A DNA stretch of 64,000 bases from the human T2T-CHM13v2.0 reference genome, Homo sapiens, in assembly GCF_009914755.1 (NCBI RefSeq), contig NC_060931.1, one strand, 5' to 3'. Under the pieces are notes generated by a model. The model was not told the DNA's origin. It ran no database searches and saw only the letters and a program-made list of their open reading frames with translations. Of this stretch, positions 1-14,423 are shown piece after piece; the stretch's first letter is position 1, and the number at the start of each line of letters is the position of its first letter. A program made the translations under genes and the position numbers.

Positions 1-1718
1 GTACTCTCTACTTTTTATTATTACCACATTAATACAAGGCCCAGCTCCATGCCTGTCTCCCCCATTGCTTAGTCTCCTACAACAGATGCTGTAAAATAGC
101 ATGCACAGGAGCCTAGACTCTGCCCTCTAGGAACTTAGAATTAAGACAACAATGTAACTGGCAGGAGCATTCTCCATCCTGTAAACCACAGACTATCAAA
201 GACAGTATATGTAGCAGAGGGGCCTATCCCATGGAATACAGAGAAAAACATTAAGGAAAGTCAGATATATTTGAACTATTCATAGTTTTGGACCATCACT
301 TTCTTAGTCTACTAGAAAGTTTTAAAAAGCTTGACTGTCTTAAGAACTTAGGAAACTATAGTCAACTCAGCCTCATCCCTTCCTTCTCCAGGCAATGGGG
401 CTGTTAAGTAAATCAATGAATTAAACCAGGCAAATCAGGTATCACATTTGAAATCTTCCAAAGTCCTGGCATGGTGCTGTACAGCTGAGTAACTGCCCTT
501 CACCTCATCATCTTCCCTCCTCTTGACAGGCTTCTGTTTGTCCTACCACTTTGGAGTACTCAGGTGTGACTTTCCCCATATGTTTACTGTCCTTCATTTG
601 CCACACACAGAGCAGGGCATCTATGTCCATATCTGATATGTTGGTTGGGATTTTATCATTTAGCTAGTGAGCAGGTAGTGAAACTGGTAAAGTAACTGCA
701 ATGAAGTCAAAGCCTCTCACAGTGAAATCAGTGGTAAAGATACACAATGATTGTTACAGGGCTTGTGGTGATACACAGGGTCCAGAGAAACTTAATTCCT
801 TTATTTCCAGGGGAGTTTTTGTTGATACACCAACTTTTCCTAGTATAAAAAAAGCACCTTCCAAGATAAGGAGTTGACACTTGACTTGGTGAATTTATCC
901 CCAAAGAAGGGGGCACTCTTTTGTCTGCTTTCGTTCCACCTTTGTAGAATGAGTCCAGATGCAATCACCCCAAATTACTTCTGATTAGCTTCCTTTTGTG
1001 AGATAATTTCAAGCAGATTTTTTTTTTAGTTGAAGAATGCTGATGACCCTTAGATGTAGTATGGTGCAATGGTTAAGAGAAGGATTCCCAAGCTGGACTG
1101 TCTGTTCAAGTCTCTCCTGACTATAGCAAAGTAATCTCTTCTTATCTTTGTCATCTGTAAAGTGATGATGATAGTGTTTACTGCTTGAGGATGTTGGAAG
1201 GATAAAGCGAGTTAATATATCTAATCTAACATTCTTAGAATAGTGTCTGGTGTATAACGTGTTCCATTTTTTTAAAGAGAGTATTATTGTGTTACATGTT
1301 ATTCAGCACAGAAGTGACACTGTCCTATTAATAGCAGAAAAATATTTTTGAACAAAATGTTAGTTTATGCTTCTAATTCCAAACACATTCTTTACTAACA
1401 TGGAGGAAAGCTAATATTTCTAAATTGTTAACTTTACCATTTTTCATTAGCAATAAAGGAATTCACTTATGGCTTATGTATTGGTTGTAATTTAAAGAAA
1501 ATTAATATATACGCATATGAAATTATGTATGTACATACACAAACTTTTCTAACAGGATCTGAGTGAATTATTTGTATGTTCTTATAGAGTAACAAATAAT
1601 TTACAAATCACACAGAAAAAAAGTCCCATATTTCTCACATTGCTTTGATCATAAAGGATTAATTACATTCTTTCAATAACCCAGCATAACTACATTACTA
1701 TTAAAAATGGCATAACTC

Positions 1719-2020
1719 GGCCGGGCGCAGTGGCTCATGCCTGTAATTCCAGCACTTTGGGAGGCTGAGGTGGGTGGATCATGAAGTCAAGAGGTCGAGA
1801 CCATCCTGGCCAACATGGTGAAACCCTGTCTCTACTAAAATTACAAAAAATTAGCCGGGCGTGGTGGCAGGTGCCTGTAATCCCAGCTACTTGGGAGGCT
1901 GAGGCAGGAGAATAGCTTGAACCTGGGAGGCGGAGGTTGCAGTGAGCCGTGAGCCAAGATCACACCATTGCACTCCAGCCTGGGCAAAAAGAGCAAAACT
2001 CTGCCTCAAAAAAAATAAAA
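1719..2020 (+). mobile_element. Alu (AluSc-like), full length
   Basis: GGCCGGGCGCAGTGGCTCATG start, dimer structure and A tail; diagnostic-like GGATCATGAAGTCAAGAGGTCGAGACCATCC. Confidence 0.95.
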
Positions 2021-2031
2021 TACCATAACTC

Positions 2032-2323
<292 letters not shown>

Positions 2324-4925
2324 GGCATAACATAACTCATAGCCATAGAGGAAAGCTATTAAGAAGTGTAAAGGGCTTCACTAGAAAGGGATGGCCCAGC
2401 AGTTGACTTCTTAGGAGCTCATTTTTCCAGCATTGCACCTGTTACTTCATTTATTTTGTGCAAGTTCATAAGGAAAAGTAGCTTTTCAGAAACATATTCC
2501 CAAATTAACTTCCAAAATAATTACGTAACAATTATTGGTCAGACCAACTTTCTTCCAACAGTTTTAGTCTCCTAGATCTTAAAAATAGGCCGTTTTGCAT
2601 GCTAACCTACATTCCTTGCTTTAACTCTTTCGCCATTTATTTTCTAAACCTTAGCATTATGTTTTCCACTGCAACTAATACGCAGGGAAAAGGAAACTTT
2701 GAGGGTCACTTCTAATCTTCTACTTGCCAAGTACTCACAAAATGGCCTTTTCTCTGCCCTCATTTTCACGGAATCTGCTAAGACAATTTAATAGGGTCAG
2801 CTATCACTATGTCTTGACAAACCTCCTTCTATGACTACCCTTTTTTGAATGTCCCTGCTCTGTCTCCTAGCCCGGCTGTGTTTTCTGTATGTCCCCCTCA
2901 AATCTAGGCATTCTTAAGTTTCCATCCTTGGCTGCCATCTGTAAAATGCCACCTTTCTCAATGAGCTCAATTAGTGCTATGATTTCAATCATTACGACAA
3001 GCTTGACTCCCTTCCTAACCTCTGTAGAGCTATGACCTGTATTTCCATCTATCTTTTGGATTCTTTTGATTGAATATTGGCTGCTCGAATTCTACTACTG
3101 AATTCATCATATTACCTTTTCCTTTCTCAAACAAGCTCCTCCTCCTAACTTTCCACTTTTAGTAGTTCTTTCTTTTAGTCACCTGGGTTTAAATCCTAGG
3201 AATCATCTTTGATTTTTCTCTCTCCTTAGTCATTACACAAAATCCATTACCAAATTATCTTGTTCCTTCACATGAAATGGCATTAAATTCTGCCTCCATG
3301 ATTCTTTCCATGTCCCTGCAAAACTACATAGATCTTGCTTTTATTAAACTCTATGAAAATAACAATATTCAACCAGTTTTGATGAATAAAAAAGCTAATT
3401 TTACATGGTTTAACCTAATATACTGCCGGATTATTTGGTGTTATACAGATTTGCCTTCTCATGTGATCTTGGACAAATTATCCCTTTCATTCTTAATTTT
3501 CTTATTTAAAAATATTGTCAGATTGGATTGGCTATACCTATCTCCTAGGATTTTTGAAAATAGGTTTGAGAGTGTAAAGGGTAACAGCATCATGTATGCT
3601 AGAATGTGAACATCTTGATGGTTACCTGTGTCATGTTCCAGGAATAATTATTCAGCTGCCCCATGAGGAACATAATGGTATTCAAGTAACTATTAAATGA
3701 CTGAATGACTGATTCAATGAACACATCTAAGAATCTGAACCCACATCTTAATTTTTTTTTATCTTAAATGACCAAGGCTAGTGACTGAGTCTGCTTTTTA
3801 TTTTTTATCACCAACGCCTAATACAATGGCTAGCTTATAGGAAATAATATGTATTTGTTGAGCTTAATTTAACTGTATTTTTCTAAGGTATTGAGGATTG
3901 GTAATTTATAAACACTGAATAAACCTAGAAGTAGAAATAAAAATTTTATTTCTAATAGCTACTTTAACGAAGCACTGAGATGTTAAATTTTAAAGATGTG
4001 AATTATATTCTATATGGACTATCTTTTGCTTATTCAAAATATATGTATTAAGAGCCTTCCATTTTTAAGAAATATTGGGAAACACAAGAGTATAAATGAA
4101 AAAGTTTCTGACTGTAAAAAGCATATGAGTTAGCAGACGAGAAAAAAACAAATAAATTTTAACCCAATGTGTACTAAGTGCCTTAAAAACAGAAATATCT
4201 AAGGCCTGTATTATCAGGACTCAAGCACATACAAGTAAGAGGCAGATCCAAGGTAGGGCAGAGGAAAAGTCTCAGACAGATTAGAGTGGGGGCTGGAAAA
4301 ATGAACCTGGCTATAGAGGCAGTTGTTAGTGTTCAAATAGTATAGCAAGTTCAGATATGATTCAAGCAGAGATTTTAGTTCAGAGACTATAGTTCAACCA
4401 ATACGGCACAGTAATAATGGTGTTAAGAACAAAAACAATAATAACAGCTAATATTTTTGAGCATTTACTATGTGGCAGGCAATGTTCCAAGGATTAACTA
4501 AGTTCATCTTCACAACAGTCCTATAGACTAGATATTAACACTATGCCAATTTCCACACAAGGAACGTAAGGCTTAAAAAGATTCAATAAGTTTCCAATGG
4601 TCATAGGGGTAGCAAATGGAGGAGTAAGTGGTAGGTGGAGACCAGGAATTAAGTACCAATTAAAGTGAAGTGGAAAATAATTCTGGAATATCATTTATTT
4701 CACAGAAGAATAGAGAGGTAGCCAAAAAACATTTAGCACCTCACACGGCAAGACCAAGGGACTGGCATGATCTAGATCAGTTCTACAGACTCCAAACATA
4801 GTGTTGGAATACAAACCCAGCAGGAAAGTAAAATTCTAAACAGCAAAACTGAGGCAGAAAAGCGCTATATATAAACAGAGACACTGTGGGGGAAGAAGTG
4901 ATGGGGAGATAAGAAAGGCTGAGAT

Positions 4926-5253
<328 letters not shown>

Positions 5254-5553
5254 CTACTGGATTCCCATTGACAAAAGAAGGGCTGAGCTTAGACTCAGAA
5301 AATTATGGGCTTGAGGCTCTTGTCATTCTTCCTTCCTGAAGGTACCAGGAGGACTGGGCATGAAGATAGGGAATACCTGTAACTCCAAAAGGGATGGGCC
5401 AACTCCAAAATTTAAGAGTGGACAAATGTTGGAGTATAAGAGGACTTCATGGAGAAGATAAGAGTTTATTTGAGTCTTCAAGGAGTAGGAAGACTTATAA
5501 GGACAGGGAAAAAGGTTTTTGATGAAGCAAAGATGCAGCAGCGAAATAGGGAG

Positions 5554-5930
5554 TGTCAGGTTCTAACAGATCTGGGGGGAGTTGGTGGGTGAGTGGCGAA
5601 TAGCTGGAAAAACACTCGAAGAATCATGGACAGTTTCAACATGACTTTACCCTCTCTCTGGGCACAAGCGAGCCTAGGTGCAAGTGAACCCAGACAACAG
5701 CCTGGGCACAGGCCATATGTACAGCATTAGCAGGGTAATTACACCTTTTACTGACACTAGTGGCTCCAAGCGAAGCACGAGCTCATGTAAGTGATCATCT
5801 AATACTCCTCAAGTGATGTGGTTACATAATAAGCGGAGCTGTGTGCCTGCACTCCAAACTCGCTGAGTCATGCTGAACCAGATGTCTGCCTTGGCCTATT
5901 CTTGACTGCAGCACATCCATTTTCCTTACA
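5554..5930 (-). mobile_element. Solo ERV LTR (ERVL, LTR18-like)
   Basis: TG...CA termini with an exact 5-bp TSD GGGAG (5549-5553 / 5931-5935); 377 bp. The minus strand begins TGTAAGGAAAATGGATGTGC, which resembles LTR18 (family from memory). Confidence 0.8.
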
Positions 5931-8289
5931 GGGAGTATCCAGTTTTACTGAGACTGTGTTTATTTAGGAAAGTAGCCAAAGAAAGTAGGGGGGAGAAAAG
6001 ACATCAGACTGGGGACTCCAAAGAATACCTGATAGGCTATAAGGAGCCATATTTAGTTCTGAGACAGTGGGAAGGTATTTTCTTCTACTTCTAACTGTCC
6101 AAGATTGAAAAAAGAATGTGTTGAAAAATCAGTTAAGCATCAATATACAGTGTATATTGTTCTAAGCCATTTTGATCCCTCCATCATCCCCACTGCTCAC
6201 TGGTTTTGGCCATTCATTGTTGAATTAGTTCCTTTTCTGGGAGAAGTATTAGGCAACACTCAGTCTATCAGTCCTGCTACTTATTAGCAATTCTGCCATT
6301 TGAAACTATAGGTTAAAATGAAATTTGGAGATTATTTCTGGATCCCATATCTCTTCCCTATTTCTGCACTTCAATAACATAGAATTAGTCATAAGCCATT
6401 AATCTATTCAGACATGTTAGGGTTACATAATTCAAATATTTATTTGTAAAGAATAATATCCTCATATTCCCATAAATGTCACACAGGAAGTCTCTCAGCA
6501 TGCAGCCTCAAACCAAGCAAAGGCCTCTGACAATATAAATGTCCTTCACAGACAAACATACACACAGACAGATGTACTTCTATCCCCTGCTAATTTTAGA
6601 AACCTGATGAAACCCTTATTACACTTGTCCTATTTTCCTGTATCTTTCTCTGGCCTATCATTTTTATTTTCATTTCCACTTCCATAGTCCCCTCCTCATC
6701 CTCCTCTATATTCCCCCTTCATCACATACACCAGCTTAGTCAAATGAAGTCACAATTTTTTCTTTTATACACGCACCCCAATTTTTTTCTACTACACTTG
6801 ATAGAAAATATGTAAATATTGTAAAAGCTCTTTTCTCAAATTTAAAATGTGTGAAGGCTTATTATTACTATTAGTAATGGTCTCACACATTTTGTTAAAA
6901 TGGTTGGAAGGAAGGCAATAAATGGAGCAAGGAGAATAGTCTTTATTTGCATATGAAGCTGGATAAAAGTTTAAATGTGATAGTTAAGCTTAATCCACAA
7001 GAGACCATGCCTTTGAAGAGATTGTCTTAAAATAGCTGGAATGGGAAAGAGCGACTAGATGTGGTTAATGATGACAGGATCTTCTTTGCTGTTATTCTGC
7101 TTCTTCAGCCTTCAGTCCTAACTTATTAACAGCAGATATACCTGCTGTAGATCTCCACACTCCTCAGTACAAATAAATGCTCTATGCAAAACATTTGTTC
7201 TAGACCTCACATAGAATTTGTAAAATCAAGTAGAAATTTTTGAAGTCAGACAAAAAAAAATCCCACTTGTTGGCATTATACTTTCTAAGAAGCTTTATCT
7301 AACCACCAATTGACTGTGACTTCTAATTCTTCATTATTAAGTTTGTCTACTCTCTTATCTCCATTGTTAAATATTTGCTAATATGCATGCAAACAGTTAC
7401 AACTACTGGAATGATCTGACCAGCAGGTTTTTAAAATATATTAATTATATTTTTCAGTGCTCCATTTATAAGCACTCATTTGGTTTTCATAACAACTCTG
7501 TAAAGTGGGTATTATTGTCCTAAACTTATAAATAATAAAACCATGTCAAGGAGCTACTAGTTCATACAACTACGAGTGGATGAAGGATCAAATAAAGCTG
7601 TCTACAGGTTTGTTTTAATACACAACACTGCCTTTCACAAACAAAAAGAAGTCTTTCATAATGGGACTAAGTACCATTTTACCATAAAGACTTCAATATT
7701 CGCATTATTACTTTATATAAATAAAGTTTAAAAACCCTGCAGAGCACTTTCTAATTCTTTGAAAACACTCAAATTGTATGTCTATCCTCAAAGCATTAGA
7801 GAGAAGCAGCACAGGAATTAATCACATTTTGCAGATGAGAAAACTGAGTTCAAGTGAAATATAGACTTGCCCAAGGCTGTATGGTCATTAAGCAATGAGA
7901 CCAGAACTAACCCATGGTCTTCCTAGCTGACTTTTTCCACTGTGTTTGAAGAAGTCAACTTTGAAGTGCTGAGCTGAATTGTGCTTCAAATTCTGTCTGA
8001 AATGTACTAATATATACAGAAAAATATTCATATGGTACCAGAGAGAGCTGGTGTAGGGGAGAAAAGCTAACGGATACATGGTGATTGTTGGGGAAGGTGT
8101 TGTCAAGATCCTCATGGGAAGGCAGGTAGGCAAACGAGGAAAAGATCCAAAGTGATCTTCAGGGGCCAGATGCTAGTTCATTCTTCCTGCAGGTGGTGTG
8201 CCTTAACTCAAAGTGGGTGAAAAAGGCAAGAATTACTTGTTCAGTTAAATGCCAATGTGATTAATGTAGCTGCCAAAGTTCATGAAACA

Positions 8290-8745
8290 TTTCTCTATTG
8301 GTTTGTAACAAACAAATCCCAAAATAAATAATGTCTCAACACAAAAGAAAGTTACGTTTTGCTCAAGCAGATTCCACTTGGGGTTTTGAGACAGAGTCGT
8401 GCTCTGTTGCCCAGGCTGGAGTGCCACTTGTGTATTTTTAAGGGAAACGTAGCAATTCTTCAGGCATAATCCAAAGAGACCAGGTGCTTTCCATCTATGG
8501 CTCTGCCATCTTCCACATGTGGTTTCCAAGGCCTTATGCTTGTCAGCAGTTCAGCCAGGAAAGAAAAAGAGCAAAGAAACCTTCCAGGGGAAGGTTTACA
8601 TGAGACATATTCCGCTCATATCCCACTGGTAGAATCAGTCACATGGCCACATCTCTTTGTAAAGAAGGCTAGGAACTATGATCTTACTGCATGCACTCAA
8701 GAAGAGGAGAAACCAGATTTAATGAAGATCTAACATTCTCCCACA
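8290..8745 (-). mobile_element. Old MaLR LTR (MLT1-like)
   Basis: MLT1-type motifs (GTAACAAACAAATCCCAAAAT, TTCCATCTATGGCTCTGCCATC, GTCACATGGCCACA); boundaries approximate. Confidence 0.55.
8381..8423 (-). mobile_element. Very short Alu 3'-end fragment
   Basis: TTTTGAGACAGAGTCGTGCTCTGTTGCCCAGGCTGGAGTG flanked by a CCACTTG direct repeat. Confidence 0.85.
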
Positions 8746-9049
8746 GCTCTGCTCATAGTGCTCTCTTTCATAAACTAAAATTTGCAGATGTGTGTTTCCT
8801 TAAAATTTAACCCATATCTAATGAGATTCTCCAGACAGGCTCATCAAAAAAAACAAATACATTTATTTTTACCATTGTGTCAGAAGTCCTACATCACCAG
8901 TCCTAGGGGCCATAAAGAAAAAAAAAACATCCAACTCCACTTCAAAAATGATCATTGGTATGATCGCTTTATAAATGGCCAAACTCAGCTGCTAGGTAAG
9001 ATTTTAATTCAGCATGAAAACAGAAATAAGCAAAACCTTGAGCTTGAGG

Positions 9050-9475
9050 GGATGGACATAGGAGATAAAGACCTAGGTCTGAATCCTCACTATGTCTTTT
9101 GTTAGTGATAGCTAATGTTTAATAAGTGCTTTCTAAGGGCCAAAACCCAGTGCTTGCACTTCACATGCACTATCACAGTTAACCTTCACAAATTCACTTT
9201 GAGAGTGAATTTTATGAGTGAGGAAATAGGCTTAATATTTGTTTCACTTCCAAGAACACAAGAGGTTACAGAAGTAGGCTCTGACCTAGGTCTAATATTC
9301 CGATGCTATGCTGTTTCTGGAACTGACTGAATCTCTCTGAACACTGGCTACTGCATTTGTAAAACATGAATAATTATACCTTTCAGATTTGTTGCAAGCA
9401 GTAAATGACAGCAGGAATGAAACGTAACACAGTACCAGGCACATAATGAAGTACTCAATTTGTTACGGTTATTAT
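9050..9475. mobile_element. MIR cluster (sense MIR interrupted by an antisense MIR)
   Basis: MIR head GACCTAGGTCTGAATCC, then an antisense MIR at 9108-9314, then MIR core/tail CATTTGTAAAA...GGCACATAAT. Confidence 0.55.
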
Positions 9476-10659
9476 TAAACACATTAAATACCTATTTTCT
9501 CAATACGTGCTTTAGTCTACCATAGTTTACCTCCAAAAAATACATCTGAAAAAAATTATTGTTTGCCACACATCCATTTTGGACACATATCTCTGGAAAT
9601 TTATCAAGGGGCAGCTTTGCTAGTGATTAATAAGGATTTATATAGCCTCTGCAGGGGCAGAATATAATACAAAATAAATATGATCTGTAAAGCAGCAAAA
9701 AAAAAGGAATGAAATATAATGGCAAATTCATAATGAAACATCCCAGCTATCAATCTATAAGCTGGCAGACAAGAAGGATAAATACTCTCATTATGATTTT
9801 AGCATGCCCCACTTAGATCTATATGAAATCTATTGTGCACATTCCCCTCACCATTTAGATGTTCCTTTGCCAGATTTGACATGAAAGCATTTCCCAGATT
9901 TAGAGGTTTCACTCTGTTGGGGACATTTTGTAGGCAGCAGTGTGGACGCACAGTTACTGGCCCTGGTTGAATGACAAGGAGAGACAGGCAGGAAGGGGCT
10001 GTGTATTTATTTCCTTGGGATGCTCCATGCCACCATAGGGATGGACAGCAAACAGTGATTCAGGAACTAGTGATTTAATATAGGCCGTGTATCCACAGTC
10101 ATTTCCCCTCTTCGACTAACTCCTCTGCTCCCAGAAAGAACAGAAAATGGAGCTAGACTGGAAGATGTCAAATTCACACATGGCTCAGCAAGTAAAAAGT
10201 ATGGATGCTTTTGAACAAAGTCAAGGAGAACAGAATGGCATATTCACAGGATTGTGAGGAAGAAAGTCTGACAGAGACAGAAGTCCCTTTGGAGGATGTG
10301 AGATACAAAGCTGAATTAATTGTGAGGGCCAGATATTGACAGCACTTGGAAGTCAAATATAAAGCCATATTCTACTCTTACATTATCTCACTCAACTTAT
10401 TTAATCTTCATAAGTTTCCTGTGAAGCAGATGCCATTTCCTCATGTTACAAATGAGGAAACTGACACTTAGGCAAGTTAAATGACATGCCAAAGATCACA
10501 CACTTTATGAATATCAAAGCTCAAATCATTTTTACCCTGAATCAATTCTCCTGATACAGTAGATACTGGGATGCAATGGAAGGGTTTTTAACTGCTACTG
10601 ACTTGATGAAAAGAGATACTTGTATAATAAAAATGAAATTGAAGTTTAAACCCAAGTAA

Positions 10660-11355
<696 letters not shown>

Positions 11356-11437
11356 TGATATATAAAAACTTGTTACTTTTGGATGGAATTACCTACGTAG
11401 AACGGCCTTACCTCTACCTGAAGGGAATGAACTAAAT

Positions 11438-11621
11438 CAGTGGTTCTCAGAATTGTTCCAGACCAGCAGCATCCACATCAGCTGGGAACTTTCTGGAAAG
11501 GCAAATTTATAAAGACTGCCCCAATCTCCTTAATTAGAAACTCTCTGGGTGGAGCCCACCAATTCGTAGTTTAACAAGCCTTCCAGGTGATTCTAATCAT
11601 GCTTAAATTTGAGAACTATTG
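11438..11621. mobile_element. MER5A-like hAT-Charlie element
   Basis: CAGTGGTTCTCA...TGAGAACTATTG terminal inverted repeats; internal GACCAGCAGCATC and TTTAACAAGCCTTCCAGGTGATTCT. Confidence 0.8.
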
Positions 11622-13044
11622 TAACAAGCCAAACTGAATGCACCTTTTGGAAACTTAAAAGAAGTAAAATCAGAGCAAAATGTCCATTTAGAAGACAGGA
11701 AAGAAAGATTATCTAAGGCTCAAGAGTAAAATAATTAAGCCCTTTCTACCAGTTTTGTGATCTTCAGCAACTTACTGATCCTCATTTTTTCCTTCAGTTT
11801 CCTCATCTCTAAAATGTAAATTTCCTCTAGCTCACTGGGATATTGCAAGGATTAAAGAAAACAGTGCTTGTGTTAATAAGATGTGCGTGCTAAAATTGTG
11901 AGCATTCAAAAACATTAGCTATTATATATTTAAGTTAACACCAAAGGCAAAGCTCAACAAAATGCCCAAAGCAATAATTGAACTTAAGAAAACTTACAAA
12001 TCAGAAGAAAAACCAACCAAATATAAACTAGGAAGAACAGCAAACCAAATGTAAATGAGAACATTTACTAAATGGAAAAAAAAAGTTCCATTTGTGAAGT
12101 AATTAACAAGAGAGGTAGTTAATGAAATTGGATTACTATTCCATAGGCCCAACTTCCATTTTGAGGAGGAAGAAGTAAGTGTATCTAGTCCTTAGAGTAA
12201 GGCATTCTGGGGATAATATGTGTTCTCTTAATCCGGAAAATCTGGAAAAGTCAAGGCTGGGGAGAAAACAATGAGATAACAAGAAGCCCAAAGCAATACT
12301 CCCTTGATTCAAAAAAAAGGCAACCAAGTCAATTTAAAAAACAACTGTTTGACAAAAGAAACATTTCAAAGAGCAAGTCTGGCTACCAGTAAGAAAATGT
12401 AAAATAAGCCTAACCAGAATAAAAAGATTAACTTATTTGCCAATTCAAAACCTAATTTCAGGATAATGTAAACCCAAAACCAACTAAATTTTTAAAAATC
12501 CATAAGAAATTCTCAAGAAAATATTAAAGATTTAAAAGTCTAATTATGGTAGAGACAGGCTGAAAGAAAATTTCTGTGAATCAAGACCCTCTTAAAAATT
12601 CTCGAGTCATTTCAAAAATTAAGCTGATAACTTGAAGACTAAAGCAGAAAGAGGCCCTTGGCAAGGACTTCCAACTCACTTCATTTCATACAAAACCTGC
12701 GTTGGTTGGTCTGTCATCTTCCTACCAGAGTAATGGAAATAATTTTCACCATATCCATTTTTTTCCTGTGGTAGTCTATTACTTAGCACATTGTGGAGCA
12801 CGTCCGCTGAAGATGTACAGATCAACCTGTATGCATCATGTCAAATTCAACCTTTGCAGGCAGATGAAGGAAGAACCATATATATGTGTACATAGACCTT
12901 GGCAGTCAGGCAAAGAGAAAACCATCATCTCTCTCCCACCACGTTTTCCCATCTAAAATGTTTTCCTGGACCATCTCCACCCAGACCTTATGAAAGCATG
13001 GAGACATTTTATTAACTTTAAAAAATAGAGTCCCCGTTTTGGGA

Positions 13045-13317
13045 TGTTGTGTTTGACCTCTACTAACTCTAATATGGATGGTACTAGGTTCAAGAGGCTG
13101 AAGAAGAGACCTGGAGCCAGTGAATGAAACATAGGGTTTATAGAGGGGAACTTACATACACGGTATTCCAGTGGCGGTGGGCCGGACAGGAAAACCACAA
13201 CTGCTTCTAAAAAACATTCAGTTTATATAGCACTTTCACTTAGCAATCTCCCCCAGCAACCTCCACATGGCAACTTTAATTTCTTAAGTTATTGCTCTCA
13301 GGTGGATCTTCCACACA
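13045..13317 (-). mobile_element. Solo ERVL-type LTR (LTR47-like), probably internally deleted
   Basis: TG...CA ends; near-TSD TGGGA/TGGGG; AGGTTCAAGAGGCTGAAGAAGAGACC and CTTAAGTTATTGCT motifs (family from memory). Confidence 0.6.
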
Positions 13318-13811
13318 TGGGGCAGAGATAAATGGGCTATAGAGTTAGCTTGAAGAACAGGTGGTATAAGAAGTTAATATTTATAGTCAACTATATTGGG
13401 TTATCTAAAGACAGGTGTTTTAGATGATGAACTGGTGTGAGCTACTGAAGAGCTGAGTGCCAGTTTCAGCTCACTAATTTGCTACCCAAAACAAGTTAAT
13501 TCCTGCCTCTGTGCCTATCTCTGCATCTTTAAGTTTGAAAGATTAAACTTATCAGATGTTTCCAAAATTCTTGGACACCACCCCAGAACTTTTAATAAGA
13601 ATCTCAAGAAATAGGGCCCAACATATCTATTTTCAAAATATCCAGCTCTGGAATAGTTTGCAAATTGCTGGATTAGATGATTGCTAAGGACCATTTTTGT
13701 TGCATATGTTTTGTACCTAGCATTGATATTTTATTTACATAAAGAGCAGAGAATATATGGTTTTTAGCCTTAAAAAACTTTAAATATAAATGGAAAGTAG
13801 TACTTCTCAGT

Positions 13812-14423
13812 TGTTCCAGTTATTTATTGCTTAGTAACATACCACACCAAAATTTAATGGCTTAAAATGATACATTAATTTTCTCATGAAGCTGCTATTC
13901 AGGCAGGGCTTGGTGGAGACAACTCATCTCTAGCCCACTCATCATCATCTGGGGCAGCTCAAGACTGGTGGCTGGAATCATCTAAAGGCTTGTTCACTAG
14001 CATGTTTAGTGATTGATGCTGGATGTCTGATGGAACCTCAGCTAGTGCTGCTGGCTAGTGCATGTGCCTCTCTATATGGTTGCTTAGTTTCTTCAAGGCA
14101 TTTTGGTTCCAAAGGTGAACATCTTTAGAAAGAAGCAGCAGGATCAGGAAGCCTCGCTGCTTTTGACAACCTGGGGTCACTAGTTCACATTCAGCTGGCA
14201 CTTCTACTTCCTTCTATTCATGAGGAAATCAAAAGTCCTGTCCAAGTTCAAGGGGTAGGAAAATATACTCTATCTCTTTTTTAACTGCTTTATTGAGGTA
14301 TAGTTGACAATTTAAAATTACATATATTTAAGATGTACAACCACTTCTCTTGAAGACAGAGTGAAAAGGTCCTGAAAGAGCATGTGGAATGAGAAATATT
14401 TCTGGAAAATACAATCTGCCATA
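13812..14423 (-). mobile_element. MaLR LTR (MLT1G/H-like), interrupted by a short antisense L1 3' fragment at about 14276-14340
   Basis: TGTTCCAGTTATTTATTGC...GGCTGGAATCATCT...GGAAAATACAATCTGCCATA; insert TTTATTGAGGTATAGTTGACA...AAGATGTACAAC. Confidence 0.7.
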
